A program made the position numbers and the translations under genes. The notes beneath the pieces were generated by a model. It did no database searches and was not told the origin of the DNA. It saw nothing but the letters and a program-made list of their open reading frames with translations. Positions 36,108-46,241 of a stretch of 64,000 nt of DNA are shown in pieces. Every line of letters begins with the position of its first letter. The stretch's first letter is position 1. Source of the stretch: Candidatus Cloacimonadota bacterium. GTDB taxonomy: Bacteria > Cloacimonadota > Cloacimonadia > Cloacimonadales > TCS61. The stretch covers positions 36 to 64,035 of the forward strand of contig JAIPGP010000007.1 in assembly GCA_021735645.1 (NCBI GenBank), given 5' to 3'.

Positions 36108-38402
36108 TTACTGCTGCAGGATTTTGATTTCAATCCTTCGATTTTTAGCTCTGCCTTCAAAGGTATCATTTTTAGCGATAGGATTAGCGGAGCCATATCC
36201 TGTAGCAATCAGTCTATCTTCGGAAATACCAGCTGAGATCAGGTATGTGATAACTGCCTCAGCGCGTCTTTGCGAAAGATCAATATTATCGGTTTCGTTA
36301 CCGGTATTATCTGTGTAGCCGCAGATTTCGAGTTTCATTTTAGGATTAGCGATCATTTGAGCAGCCAGTTTGTTCAGTGATGGGTATGATTCGCGGGAGA
36401 GCACGGCTATGCCGGATTCGAAAAAGATATTTTCGAGAATACCGGTTTTCATACTTTCAACTTCCAGAATTTTGATTTCGATACGGCGGTTTTTCTCTCT
36501 ACCTTCCTTAGTATCGTTAGAAGCTATAGGATTAGCTTCTCCATAACCTTTTGCTCTAAGAACAGTAGGGTCAATATCTTTATTAATCAGATAATCGACA
36601 ACAGACTGAGCTCTTTTCTGTGAAAGCATAATATTATTGATTTCATCACCTACATTATCAGTAAAGGCAGCGATTTCTATTTTGACCGCGGGGTTATTGT
36701 TGAGCAGTTCTGCGAGCATATCGAGGCAAGCTTTACTGTAGGAGTTGATATCAACTTTCCCGGAAGCGAAGCCAACACATCCCAGCACGCCCTCTTTTAT
36801 AGAGCCGCTTTCCAGAATTTTAAGCTCAATCCGGCGATTCTTAGCGCGTCCTTCATCTGTTTTGTTAGTGGCAATCGGATAATCATATCCATACCCGACA
36901 GCATGTATATTTTCCGCCGGAATTCCCTTATTAACAATATAATTTTTAACAGCTTCAGCTCTGTAAAGAGAAAGCTTTCTATTGTACTGTTCTTCGCCGG
37001 TAATATCGGAGTGTCCTGCAATTTCGATTTTTGTGTCACCATATTCGGCGAGTACAGCAGCTACATTATCCAGAGTGCTATATGATTCCGGTTTAATAAC
37101 AGAACTATCATAATCAAAATTGATACTGAAGCGAGCGAAATCCAGCTTTGTGAGCATGATATTGAAATCAGTGATATCGTCTTCGCCGACATCCAGATAG
37201 CCCTTTTCAACAAAATAGTCATCAGCATTTACCAGATATTCATAAGTTTCACCCTTTTCCAGGTAGACTTCGAAGTAGCCATCAGCGTCAGTTATTACAG
37301 ACTCAGAATAGTCTTCTTCACCAACCATTTTCCAGTCGAGACGGGCAGAAACGGGTTTTCCCATTTCGTCCATCAGGTTGCCGGAAATCATAACGATAGT
37401 AACTTCCTCAGGAATAACTTCCGGTTCAATATAAGCAGTATCAATTATGGTCTCATAGATAATGACAGGTTCCGGAGCGGGTCTTTGTTCATCATCCCAG
37501 GGTCGGAAAACAAATGAGAACTGGTGTGTATCATTGAAAAGCTCATCATATTCTTCATTAATATAGGCATAATTAAACTCAATCCAGCGAATTTTAAGAC
37601 CAAAGCCAGCGGTAAAATGACCATTTCTAAGTCCGAGTCGGAGACCACCTTTAGTATTATTCAGGAAGCTGTCTTCTTCGTAAACCGGCATTATCCAGTT
37701 CCAGTATTCAGTACCCAGAGCGAGATTGAGTTTTTCGCCAGTTTCACCATACAGATCGGCAGCAACGGTTAGGTATTCATAAGGCATCCAGGCAGAGCCG
37801 ATATTATACTGCATTGGCACAGCCTCGCCGGCTATTTCAGATGAATAGAGGTCGCGCATCATTAGAGCGATTTTGAGGTTATATTTGGCAATCATATAGT
37901 TAAATCCCAGATCAATGCCAAATCCTGACTCAGTATCTTCATCAATAGTCGAAAGATAATATTTGAGTGTGATTCCGGCGTTAACACCTTTATAGGCATT
38001 TGCGTAACTGAGAGCCAGATTATTTTCACCGCTATTGAAATCGCCAGTAAAGTTATCAAATTCATCATAGCCTTCCAGGTCATTAAGACCGGCACTCATC
38101 CAGCTCAGGGCAATAGCCCCGAAATCGTATTTTTGTCCGAGGGCAAAATAACTGAGGCTGCGGTCAAGACCCAGATCATTCATAGTCGTGGCAAATTCAT
38201 AGGTATTCAGGAAGTTCAGGTTAGCGGGATTCCAGTAGGCGGAATTCACATTATCGAGACTGGCAGTAACGGCCCCTGCCATACCCATAGCTTTAGCATC
38301 AGTACCCATTTTCAAATATGAGGCTGCGTGATTATTATCAGCAGAAAGCATCCATGAAACCATCAGGATAACGAAGATAATTATTGTTGTCTTTTTCATC
38401 AT
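36108..38402 (-). CDS. outer-membrane protein: FadL/PorV-like beta-barrel + carboxypeptidase-regulatory-like domain + three OmpA-family peptidoglycan-binding domains
   Basis: 764-aa ORF with a signal peptide. The N-terminal motif GTDAKAMGMAGAVTASLDNVNSAYWNPANL is of the FadL/PorV barrel type. The C-terminus has three OmpA_C-like units, each ending NRRIE[LI]KIL (...GHSDITGEEQYNRKLSLYRAEAV..., ...FTDNVGDEINNIMLSQKRAQSV..., ...GYTDNTGNETDNIDLSQRRAEAV...). It starts 8 nt after the upstream stop. Confidence 0.8.
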   Translation of the reverse strand: MMKKTTIIIFVILMVSWMLSADNNHAASYLKMGTDAKAMGMAGAVTASLDNVNSAYWNPANLNFLNTYEFATTMNDLGLDRSLSYFALGQKYDFGAIALSWMSAGLNDLEGYDEFDNFTGDFNSGENNLALSYANAYKGVNAGITLKYYLSTIDEDTESGFGIDLGFNYMIAKYNLKIALMMRDLYSSEIAGEAVPMQYNIGSAWMPYEYLTVAADLYGETGEKLNLALGTEYWNWIMPVYEEDSFLNNTKGGLRLGLRNGHFTAGFGLKIRWIEFNYAYINEEYDELFNDTHQFSFVFRPWDDEQRPAPEPVIIYETIIDTAYIEPEVIPEEVTIVMISGNLMDEMGKPVSARLDWKMVGEEDYSESVITDADGYFEVYLEKGETYEYLVNADDYFVEKGYLDVGEDDITDFNIMLTKLDFARFSINFDYDSSVIKPESYSTLDNVAAVLAEYGDTKIEIAGHSDITGEEQYNRKLSLYRAEAVKNYIVNKGIPAENIHAVGYGYDYPIATNKTDEGRAKNRRIELKILESGSIKEGVLGCVGFASGKVDINSYSKACLDMLAELLNNNPAVKIEIAAFTDNVGDEINNIMLSQKRAQSVVDYLINKDIDPTVLRAKGYGEANPIASNDTKEGREKNRRIEIKILEVESMKTGILENIFFESGIAVLSRESYPSLNKLAAQMIANPKMKLEICGYTDNTGNETDNIDLSQRRAEAVITYLISAGISEDRLIATGYGSANPIAKNDTFEGRAKNRRIEIKILQQ

Positions 38403-38410
38403 GCACCCCC

Positions 38411-41400
38411 TTATTCCTTAATCGCCAGTTTGACGATTTTCTCCAGGGCTTTAGCCCCGACATCATCTTTTCCGGTTATATGTGCGAAATACACCCCTCG
38501 AGCCAGCTTAGTACCGGCGGTGGAGCCATTCCAGCCTTTAGTATAACCCATCCAGTTAATCTCATTAACACCTCTTCCCTGGAAATCTTTTGAGCATACT
38601 TTTCTACCGGCAAAGTCATAAATATCAATTGAAATATCAGCTAAAGGCGTAATAGTATTAATCACAAAATTTGTGCCTGTAACTGTGTTCATCGGGTTAG
38701 GATAGCAGTGAATATCATCGCTGCCGAGGTAAACAATGCTGACATTGAAAACCTGCATGGTAGAATCAGACGGGTCATAAGCGGTAATTTCAAAGTTATT
38801 GGTACCTGTCCAATCAGGCAGTCCCGAGAAAGTAGCAGTTTTAAGATCCGGCAGGAAAGTAAATGGGATGAGTTGAATATCAGGATCGCTGATATCGGTA
38901 GTATTTTCAATATTGATAGTAACTTCAGTTACCACGTTATTATCCACATCAGTGATGAAATCATTGAAATCAACCTCAAGCTGGTTATCGCCAACAATCT
39001 GGAAATCATTAAAAATGGAGATGACAGGAGCATCATTAACGGGATAAACTTCAACCAGGAAAGTATCTCGAACAGAATACAGATATCGATCATAGCAAAC
39101 AATGATAACTGGAGAGACCTGCATAGTGTAACTATTGGGGATAGAGATAATATTCATGATACTATCAGAAATAGCCACGGCAAAATTTTGTGAAGAAGAG
39201 CTGATACTGTATTCGAGATTACTTTGAGGAGTGTTGTCAATGAAATATGAATTAAGATTAAAGCTTTGGATCGGGAAATCTTCCTCCAAGGTCTGATCGA
39301 GCATGATAAGAGAATCATTAAGAGATGGGAAATCATTATTAACCGTACCGGAGAAAACAGCAGGGAAGAAGTTACCGCCTGGGGAATGGAATTCGAATTC
39401 ATCGAGTTCAACCACATCCTGTTCATATTCAGTAGAAACATATTTAAATTCAATGTTAATCAACGAGCCAATACCAAAAAGAGGATTAGTAAAATCATGT
39501 TCTATATAAATAGACCTCTCACCAGCAACCACTCTGGTAGTATCCCCGAGAGTACCTTCAAAATTAAAACCGAGGAATTCCAAAACAGTTGGATCAAAAT
39601 TTAACCAGAACTCGAAACCATAAATTTCCCAGTTTTCCAGAAGGATATTGACATTAACGGGAACAAGGAATTCTTCGCCCGGTTCAAGACCATCCAGGAA
39701 GGGAAGAGTGATAACTACATCGCCTATATCTGGAAAGCCTTCTTCAGGTATCAAAGTAATATTAACAATATCTGAACTGACAATTATCCCATCAGTAACA
39801 TGGAAGGCAACATTTTCATTTACATTCCAGGAGTCATCCACAATAGTAATAGTTAATCCATCAACAATAAAATCATTAATCAAATCATTTCCATCCACAT
39901 ATAGAGTAAGTGAATCACCATCAACATCATAGATATAACTGCTCAGGTCAAAAGTTTCCTGACTATTTTCAAGTCCGATAATACTGGGTGGAAGGTTGAT
40001 AAAGGGAGGATCATTAACCGGTTGTACAACGATGAGAACGGAATCAGTAGCTGTGAGACGCGTTGCATTATCATCTACAGTGAAATAGATCACTTCTTCA
40101 CCATTCCAGTTCATGTAACCTGCCATAATCACAGACAGACCTTGAATATATACCTGGATATTCTGATTACCGGTAACAGTAAGCGTGAGTGGGTCGTTAT
40201 CCACATCAGTAATATACTGAGCCAGATTAAAAGAGCTAACTTCATCTTCCACAAGCAGGAACTGATCTGGAAGAGTAATAAGTGGAGGATCATTAACAGG
40301 ATTAATAACCACTCTCATATTATCGATATTGCTGAGCAGTAGATCATGGACGGTAAATTCTACAAATTCGTAGCCCGTCCAGTCAGTTTCAGCGAGGATA
40401 GTAACATTCAGACCATCAGTTTCAACAATCAGGTGATCGCTGCCCTCCGAAGTTATATAAAGATCAGAATAATCATTATCAACATCATTGACGTAATTTG
40501 TGAAATCCAGAAGCAAAGAGTCACCCTCATTAACATTGACGCTGACAGGTAAATTGATGGTGGGGGCATCATTAACGGAATTAACAATCACCAGAACATC
40601 ATCGGAATCCTGCAGTCTGGCACCATCTTCATAAACAGTGAACGTGAGATTTTCTGTCCCGAACCAGTTTGCTATTGCTGAGAAGGTTACTTCAAGATCA
40701 ATAATATCAGCAATAATATTGGTATTTCCGGAAACCATAAGTGACAGGTCTTCTAAAGGAGTATCAATATCAGAAATATATGATGAGAAATCTCTTTCAT
40801 GAGTATTATCTTCATTAAATCTGAATTGAACAGGTAAATTAATCACAGGGGCATCGTTGATCGGCGTAACAATCACATTCACTTCATCATCATCAGTAGC
40901 CCGTGTTATCTGGTCGCTGACATAGAATGTGATGTCTTCATTACCATTCCAGTTAGCACCAGCAGTGAATGTAACCATGTACTGATTATAGGTGATATTG
41001 ATATTAACCGCATTTTGTGAAGAAAGCATGAGATTATCACCATCAACATCATTAATATACTGTCCGAAATCAACCACCAGACTTAAATCTTCACCAAAAC
41101 TGAAAGAATCAGGAAGATCTATTGTGGGGGCATCATTTACAGCAGCAACAATAAGATTCACATTATCAGAATCAATGCCACCGGCATTATCATTAATCTG
41201 GAATGAAATATTTACTGTGCCATTGAAATTAGGAACAGGAGTAAATGTAACCTGAGTTCCAGTGATATTGATGCCTACATTAGGATAGGTTCCCACAGAA
41301 GTGATTGTAATATCATCAATGACATTATCAATCAGAGTAATATATTCAGTGAAATCAACTACAAGAGCAGTATCTTCCACCGCATTGAAAGCATCAGGAA

Positions 41401-44400
41401 ATTCCAATACTGGCGGGTCATTTACAGGTGTAAAACTAACTTGAGCATCTTCAGAAGCATAATACTGACCGTCAGCAACAGTGAATTCATGTGGTTCCGA
41501 GCCAAACCAGTTGAGATTTGGAATAAAAGTAACCTGATATTCGTTCACAATAATCTGGACATTATCTCCTTCAGAGACAATGATTATAAGGTCTTCGGAA
41601 TCAATATCTGAGATGTAGGGTGTGAAATCAACGACCCCTTGCATGTCTTCCAGGAATGAGAAACCTCCAACAGGCAAATTAATCTGAGGCGGATCATTTA
41701 CAGCGGCTACATTCACGAGCACGGAATCTGAGTCGAGTAAACGTCCGGTCTGGTCACTCACATAGAAAGTAACCATTTCGGCACCGAACCAGTTTTCATC
41801 GCCAATAATATGAACTTCCAGAGGGTCAGTTACGCCATAAGAAATATTCAGGAATTGGGTATCATCATTTAAGATTATGATAACATCATTATCATAATCG
41901 CTGGCATAATTGCTGAAATCAGAGATAAATTCAACATCTTCCTGTAATAGAAATTCAGGAGGCAACAGCAATTGAGGAGGATCATTAACGGGAGTAACAT
42001 TGACCACAAAACCCTGTGAAACTGTTTGAGATTCGGGGTCATTGGCAATGATAATAATTCCAGCCTGTCCATACCAGTTCAAGAGAGAAGAAATCGTCAG
42101 GATAGAATCATCAATTTGAGCAATAACCTGAGCTGAATCATACTGGGCAGTATATTGCAGAGGGTCACCATCCTGATCATAGAAATATTCATTAAGATCA
42201 AAGGAGAAATCGGCGAAATCCTCGAGTTTATTAAAATCAGGGATATCCTGAATAACTACCGGGGGATAATTAACAGAAATCACGGTGATCAGCGTAGAAT
42301 CAACAGCAGTTAGTCCGCCATTATCAGTAGCATAGAAGAAGACAGTTTTTTCACCGAACCAGTTTTGGGCAGGCATGATAGTGACCACGCCATTCAAGAT
42401 GGAAATATTAAAGTTATTTTCTCCAGGTTCCAGAAATGAATAAACCAGAAAATCTGTGACTGTCAGGTTTAATTCCGGATCGGTATCATAATCAGCGAAT
42501 ACATTATTCAAGTTAATGGAACTATCTGAGCTGTTTTCCATGATTTCCAGATCAGGCAGTGGATTTTGCACATATGGTGGAGTATTAACAGGGGTTACAT
42601 AAACCATCACGGTATCAATATCAATAGCCCTTCCTACCATATCATTCACAGAGAACACGAGGGCTTCATAGCCATTCCAATTTGGTAAAGCGCTCAAATT
42701 AACCATTGTCCCGGCAATTTGAGGGAAGATATAATCAGTTTCATTAACGAGATTTATAGTTAAAATATCAAAGTCAATATCAAAAATGAACTGACTGAAA
42801 TCTATAGCCAGGTCAGAATTTTCCGGGAAAGAGAAGCCTTCATCAGGGAGATTAATACTGGGAGTATCATTAACTGGGATGACTGTAACATTAAAGACTT
42901 CTTCCACAAAAATAGCTCCATCATTAACAGAGATAGTAAACTGTTCCGTACCGTTCCAGTTTTGAGGTGCAGTAAATGTGGCGATTCCATTGATAAAGAC
43001 GGCATTGATATTAGGTACTGGAGCATTGGCATTCAAACTGATAAACAGGGAGTCACTATCGATATCGGAGATATAACCATTTCCCAGATTGAAATTAACC
43101 ATCAGAGAAGCATCTTCCAGGAAAGAGAAGCCTTCATAAGGTAGATTAATCACTGGAGCGTCATTAACGGAATTAACAATAACTACTGTACTGTCAGAAT
43201 TATAATAGTCATATCCGGGAGCATAAATAGTGAAAGTGATAGTTTCTGAGCCAAACCAGTTGGCAGCAGCCGATAAAGCTACTTGATTAGTAAGAGAATC
43301 AATCTGAACAATCACGTTTTGATTTCCCTCAGCAGAAAGATAGACCTGAATATTACTATCATTATAGATGTATTGATTGAAATCAACATTAATTGAGCTG
43401 TCTTCATTGAAAGAGAAGGAAGCTGGCAAATAGATAACCGGCATCGTAGTATCATCAGTAACAATGATATCTACCGCATCATCAGAAGTATCTTGTCCAT
43501 CATCTACCGTGAAAGTGATTCTTTCCACTCCCAGCCATTCATTAGTGGTAAATGTAACCTGCAAGCCATTAATTACAACACCAACATTCACATTACCCGA
43601 ATATGATAAAGAAAGTGGATCACCATCGAGATCAAAGACATAATTAATAAAATTGACATTATAGCTCTGGTTAGGATTGAAAACAAATTCCAGAGGCAGA
43701 TTTATCTGGGGAGGGTCATTGATGGGGATGACGCTGACATTAACATTATCTTCTGCGATAAACTCACCATCTGAAACATAAAAAGTCATAACTTCAAAAC
43801 CGTTCCAGTTATAATCTGGGGTAAAAGTAACCATCAATCCCTCAATACTGACATCAATATTTTCATTTCCTGCAACTGACAAGAAGAGAGAATCGCTGTC
43901 ATCGGTTATATACTGGTTGAAATCGCGCGTTAGTATTTGATCTTCATTAAAGGAGATCACAGGAGGAAGCTCAATCACAGGAGGGTCATTCGCGGGCAGC
44001 ACGAAAACTTCAGTAGTATCAGAGACAATTGCTCTTCCCTGGTTATCGTCAGCGGAGAAAACGAGTATTTCGGAACCAAACCAGTTTTCTAATGCACTGA
44101 AAGTGACCATAAGCTGATCAATATCCACAATTACATTTTGATTACCTGATACAGAAAGAGTAATTGTATCCAGGTCAATATCAAAAATATACGGGGCAAA
44201 GTCAACTTGCAGGGACTGATCTTCATGCAATGTATAGGAATCCTCAATATCCATAACAGGGGGATCATTTAAAGGATAAACGATGATCTCGACTTCATCA
44301 TCAGACATTTGGGTTTCATCATAAACTGTGAAAGTGATCATTTCTGAGCCATTCCAATCAGGCAGTGGCACAAATTCAACAACCAGACCAGTAATATTAA

Positions 44401-46108
44401 CCTGAACATTAATACCTTCCGCAGCCAGGTTCAGGATTTCACTATCAACGTCATACACGTATCCTTCAGCTTCAAAATCTACAGTGATACTGGTATCTTC
44501 ATCTAACTCGAAATAATCTGGTAACTGGATAACCGGTGCATCAGGCACAGAAATTACATTAATAGTAACGTCATCGGAATCAGAAAGACCCGAAGTATCC
44601 ATAACAGTGAAAGTGATCAGCTCTGATCCGAACCAGTTTTGCGGGGCAGTGATATTAAAAACAGCTGGAGCAATAGTAAAGAAATTCAATTCGATATTGC
44701 CAGAGAAGTAGATATTAAGCTCAGAATCATCAACATCGCTGATAAAATCAGTTAAATCCAGCATCAGGTTTTCATCTTCATTAAAGTGATACTCATCCTG
44801 GGGGATATTGATAACCGGGGCGTCATTTTCAGGTTCTATCACAATTTCCACAAAATCATTATCGGTAAGGCGTGACATTTCATCTGAAATAACAAAATTA
44901 AGCACTTCCGAGCCAAACCAGTTATCATCCGGGATCAGAGTCACGGAAAAGCCGTCAATTTCGACAGATATATTATCATTATCGGTGACAGTAAGAGTAA
45001 GCTCAAGATTATCAATATCAGAAATATACTGAGCTAGATCAAGAGTTTCCGGATTATCTTCTGTCATAAAATACTGCGTAAAGGGGATATCAATCACAGG
45101 TGCATCATTTACCGAGTTCACAGTAACCAGCACCTCCTGAGTAGAACTTGCGCCAAACACATCAGTAGCCTCAAAAGTGACCGTTTCTGAACCATACCAG
45201 TTGGCGGGAGCAGAGAATTGCACAACTAAGCCGGCAATTTCAATGATGACATCTTCAGTCTGATAGGCAGAAAGAACATCAATCATATCTCCTTCGGGAT
45301 CAGAGATGTAATTAGAAAAGTATTCGATAAGATCCTGATCCTCATCAAAGTTGAAGCCCAGAGGAGGGAACAGAAATACAGGAGGATCATTGACGGGTTC
45401 CACAGTAATGGTAACCAGTGTTTCTTCTCCGTTAAGCACGCCATCTGAAGCCTGATAGGAGAAGTAATCCACACCAAAGAAATTGGTATCAGGCTGATAG
45501 GTGAAAGCGCCATCACTATTAAACAGTAATACACCATGAACAGCATCAGTGATCAGAAGAGCCGTTAGATTGAGACCATCTGGATCGAAGTCATTAGCCA
45601 GGACGCCATTTTCAGCATCAATACTAAGTAACATATCTTCTGAAACAGTATAATCATCGGGTTGTGAGACGGGTGGCAAATCCGCCGGAGCATATAGCTG
45701 ATATGGCTCATAAAGCGAACCTGCAGCCGAATTATCTGCGAAATAAACCAGTGAATCACCTTCGCATTCATATACTAAATCTGTGTCAGCATCATAGATC
45801 ATAAAACTGATAATTTCCTGAGCCGAAGATTCAGCATTACTGCGGACAGTAAGATACCACATAGCATACGGACCTACCTGGTCCCAGACAGCAATAGCAC
45901 GACAATCACTAACACCACCGGGTCCAAATGCTGCCAGAATGTTTTCGGGATTATCGCGATTAAACTCTTGCTCATATAAGGAAACTTCAGCATAGACCTG
46001 CATATTGTACTGATTACCTGTCATTGGAGTCCAAATTGGTGGATCAGCAAACATCAGGCAGGTAAGTACTAAAGCAAAAGCAAATAATAATATTTTTTGT
46101 TTATACAT
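38411..46108 (-). CDS. giant surface protein: N-terminal shared module, ~20 tandem-95/cadherin-like repeats, cohesin-like domain, variant T9SS C-terminal domain
   Basis: 2565-aa ORF with signal peptide MYKQKILLFAFALVLTCLMFA. There are about 20 repeat boundaries of the V-N-D-[AP]-P-[VQTLF]-[IL] type at ~95-100 aa spacing. A cohesin-like segment sits at nt ~39340-39733. The C-terminus CYPNPMN...IDIYDFAGRKV...GVYFAHI is CTD-like. Confidence 0.8.
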   Translation of the reverse strand: MYKQKILLFAFALVLTCLMFADPPIWTPMTGNQYNMQVYAEVSLYEQEFNRDNPENILAAFGPGGVSDCRAIAVWDQVGPYAMWYLTVRSNAESSAQEIISFMIYDADTDLVYECEGDSLVYFADNSAAGSLYEPYQLYAPADLPPVSQPDDYTVSEDMLLSIDAENGVLANDFDPDGLNLTALLITDAVHGVLLFNSDGAFTYQPDTNFFGVDYFSYQASDGVLNGEETLVTITVEPVNDPPVFLFPPLGFNFDEDQDLIEYFSNYISDPEGDMIDVLSAYQTEDVIIEIAGLVVQFSAPANWYGSETVTFEATDVFGASSTQEVLVTVNSVNDAPVIDIPFTQYFMTEDNPETLDLAQYISDIDNLELTLTVTDNDNISVEIDGFSVTLIPDDNWFGSEVLNFVISDEMSRLTDNDFVEIVIEPENDAPVINIPQDEYHFNEDENLMLDLTDFISDVDDSELNIYFSGNIELNFFTIAPAVFNITAPQNWFGSELITFTVMDTSGLSDSDDVTINVISVPDAPVIQLPDYFELDEDTSITVDFEAEGYVYDVDSEILNLAAEGINVQVNITGLVVEFVPLPDWNGSEMITFTVYDETQMSDDEVEIIVYPLNDPPVMDIEDSYTLHEDQSLQVDFAPYIFDIDLDTITLSVSGNQNVIVDIDQLMVTFSALENWFGSEILVFSADDNQGRAIVSDTTEVFVLPANDPPVIELPPVISFNEDQILTRDFNQYITDDSDSLFLSVAGNENIDVSIEGLMVTFTPDYNWNGFEVMTFYVSDGEFIAEDNVNVSVIPINDPPQINLPLEFVFNPNQSYNVNFINYVFDLDGDPLSLSYSGNVNVGVVINGLQVTFTTNEWLGVERITFTVDDGQDTSDDAVDIIVTDDTTMPVIYLPASFSFNEDSSINVDFNQYIYNDSNIQVYLSAEGNQNVIVQIDSLTNQVALSAAANWFGSETITFTIYAPGYDYYNSDSTVVIVNSVNDAPVINLPYEGFSFLEDASLMVNFNLGNGYISDIDSDSLFISLNANAPVPNINAVFINGIATFTAPQNWNGTEQFTISVNDGAIFVEEVFNVTVIPVNDTPSINLPDEGFSFPENSDLAIDFSQFIFDIDFDILTINLVNETDYIFPQIAGTMVNLSALPNWNGYEALVFSVNDMVGRAIDIDTVMVYVTPVNTPPYVQNPLPDLEIMENSSDSSINLNNVFADYDTDPELNLTVTDFLVYSFLEPGENNFNISILNGVVTIMPAQNWFGEKTVFFYATDNGGLTAVDSTLITVISVNYPPVVIQDIPDFNKLEDFADFSFDLNEYFYDQDGDPLQYTAQYDSAQVIAQIDDSILTISSLLNWYGQAGIIIIANDPESQTVSQGFVVNVTPVNDPPQLLLPPEFLLQEDVEFISDFSNYASDYDNDVIIILNDDTQFLNISYGVTDPLEVHIIGDENWFGAEMVTFYVSDQTGRLLDSDSVLVNVAAVNDPPQINLPVGGFSFLEDMQGVVDFTPYISDIDSEDLIIIVSEGDNVQIIVNEYQVTFIPNLNWFGSEPHEFTVADGQYYASEDAQVSFTPVNDPPVLEFPDAFNAVEDTALVVDFTEYITLIDNVIDDITITSVGTYPNVGINITGTQVTFTPVPNFNGTVNISFQINDNAGGIDSDNVNLIVAAVNDAPTIDLPDSFSFGEDLSLVVDFGQYINDVDGDNLMLSSQNAVNINITYNQYMVTFTAGANWNGNEDITFYVSDQITRATDDDEVNVIVTPINDAPVINLPVQFRFNEDNTHERDFSSYISDIDTPLEDLSLMVSGNTNIIADIIDLEVTFSAIANWFGTENLTFTVYEDGARLQDSDDVLVIVNSVNDAPTINLPVSVNVNEGDSLLLDFTNYVNDVDNDYSDLYITSEGSDHLIVETDGLNVTILAETDWTGYEFVEFTVHDLLLSNIDNMRVVINPVNDPPLITLPDQFLLVEDEVSSFNLAQYITDVDNDPLTLTVTGNQNIQVYIQGLSVIMAGYMNWNGEEVIYFTVDDNATRLTATDSVLIVVQPVNDPPFINLPPSIIGLENSQETFDLSSYIYDVDGDSLTLYVDGNDLINDFIVDGLTITIVDDSWNVNENVAFHVTDGIIVSSDIVNITLIPEEGFPDIGDVVITLPFLDGLEPGEEFLVPVNVNILLENWEIYGFEFWLNFDPTVLEFLGFNFEGTLGDTTRVVAGERSIYIEHDFTNPLFGIGSLINIEFKYVSTEYEQDVVELDEFEFHSPGGNFFPAVFSGTVNNDFPSLNDSLIMLDQTLEEDFPIQSFNLNSYFIDNTPQSNLEYSISSSSQNFAVAISDSIMNIISIPNSYTMQVSPVIIVCYDRYLYSVRDTFLVEVYPVNDAPVISIFNDFQIVGDNQLEVDFNDFITDVDNNVVTEVTINIENTTDISDPDIQLIPFTFLPDLKTATFSGLPDWTGTNNFEITAYDPSDSTMQVFNVSIVYLGSDDIHCYPNPMNTVTGTNFVINTITPLADISIDIYDFAGRKVCSKDFQGRGVNEINWMGYTKGWNGSTAGTKLARGVYFAHITGKDDVGAKALEKIVKLAIKE

Positions 46109-46193
46109 CCCGTACCTCCAAATTTATTTTTTTCTTCATTTTTATTCCTTTATCTAATAATTCACTTCTAACCTTTTATAATAATTTTATCTG

Positions 46194-46224
46194 TGTCCGG
46201 GCTGCTTTTTGGGCAGCCCGGACA
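46194..46224 (-). terminator. GC-rich hairpin between giant genes (attenuator-like, no U-tract)
   Basis: tgTCCGGGCTGC-tttttgg-GCAGCCCGGAca lies 18 nt after the stop at 46242. An A/U-rich sequence follows, not a U-run. Confidence 0.3.
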
Positions 46225-46241
46225 ATCTGGTGAATGAGCAA

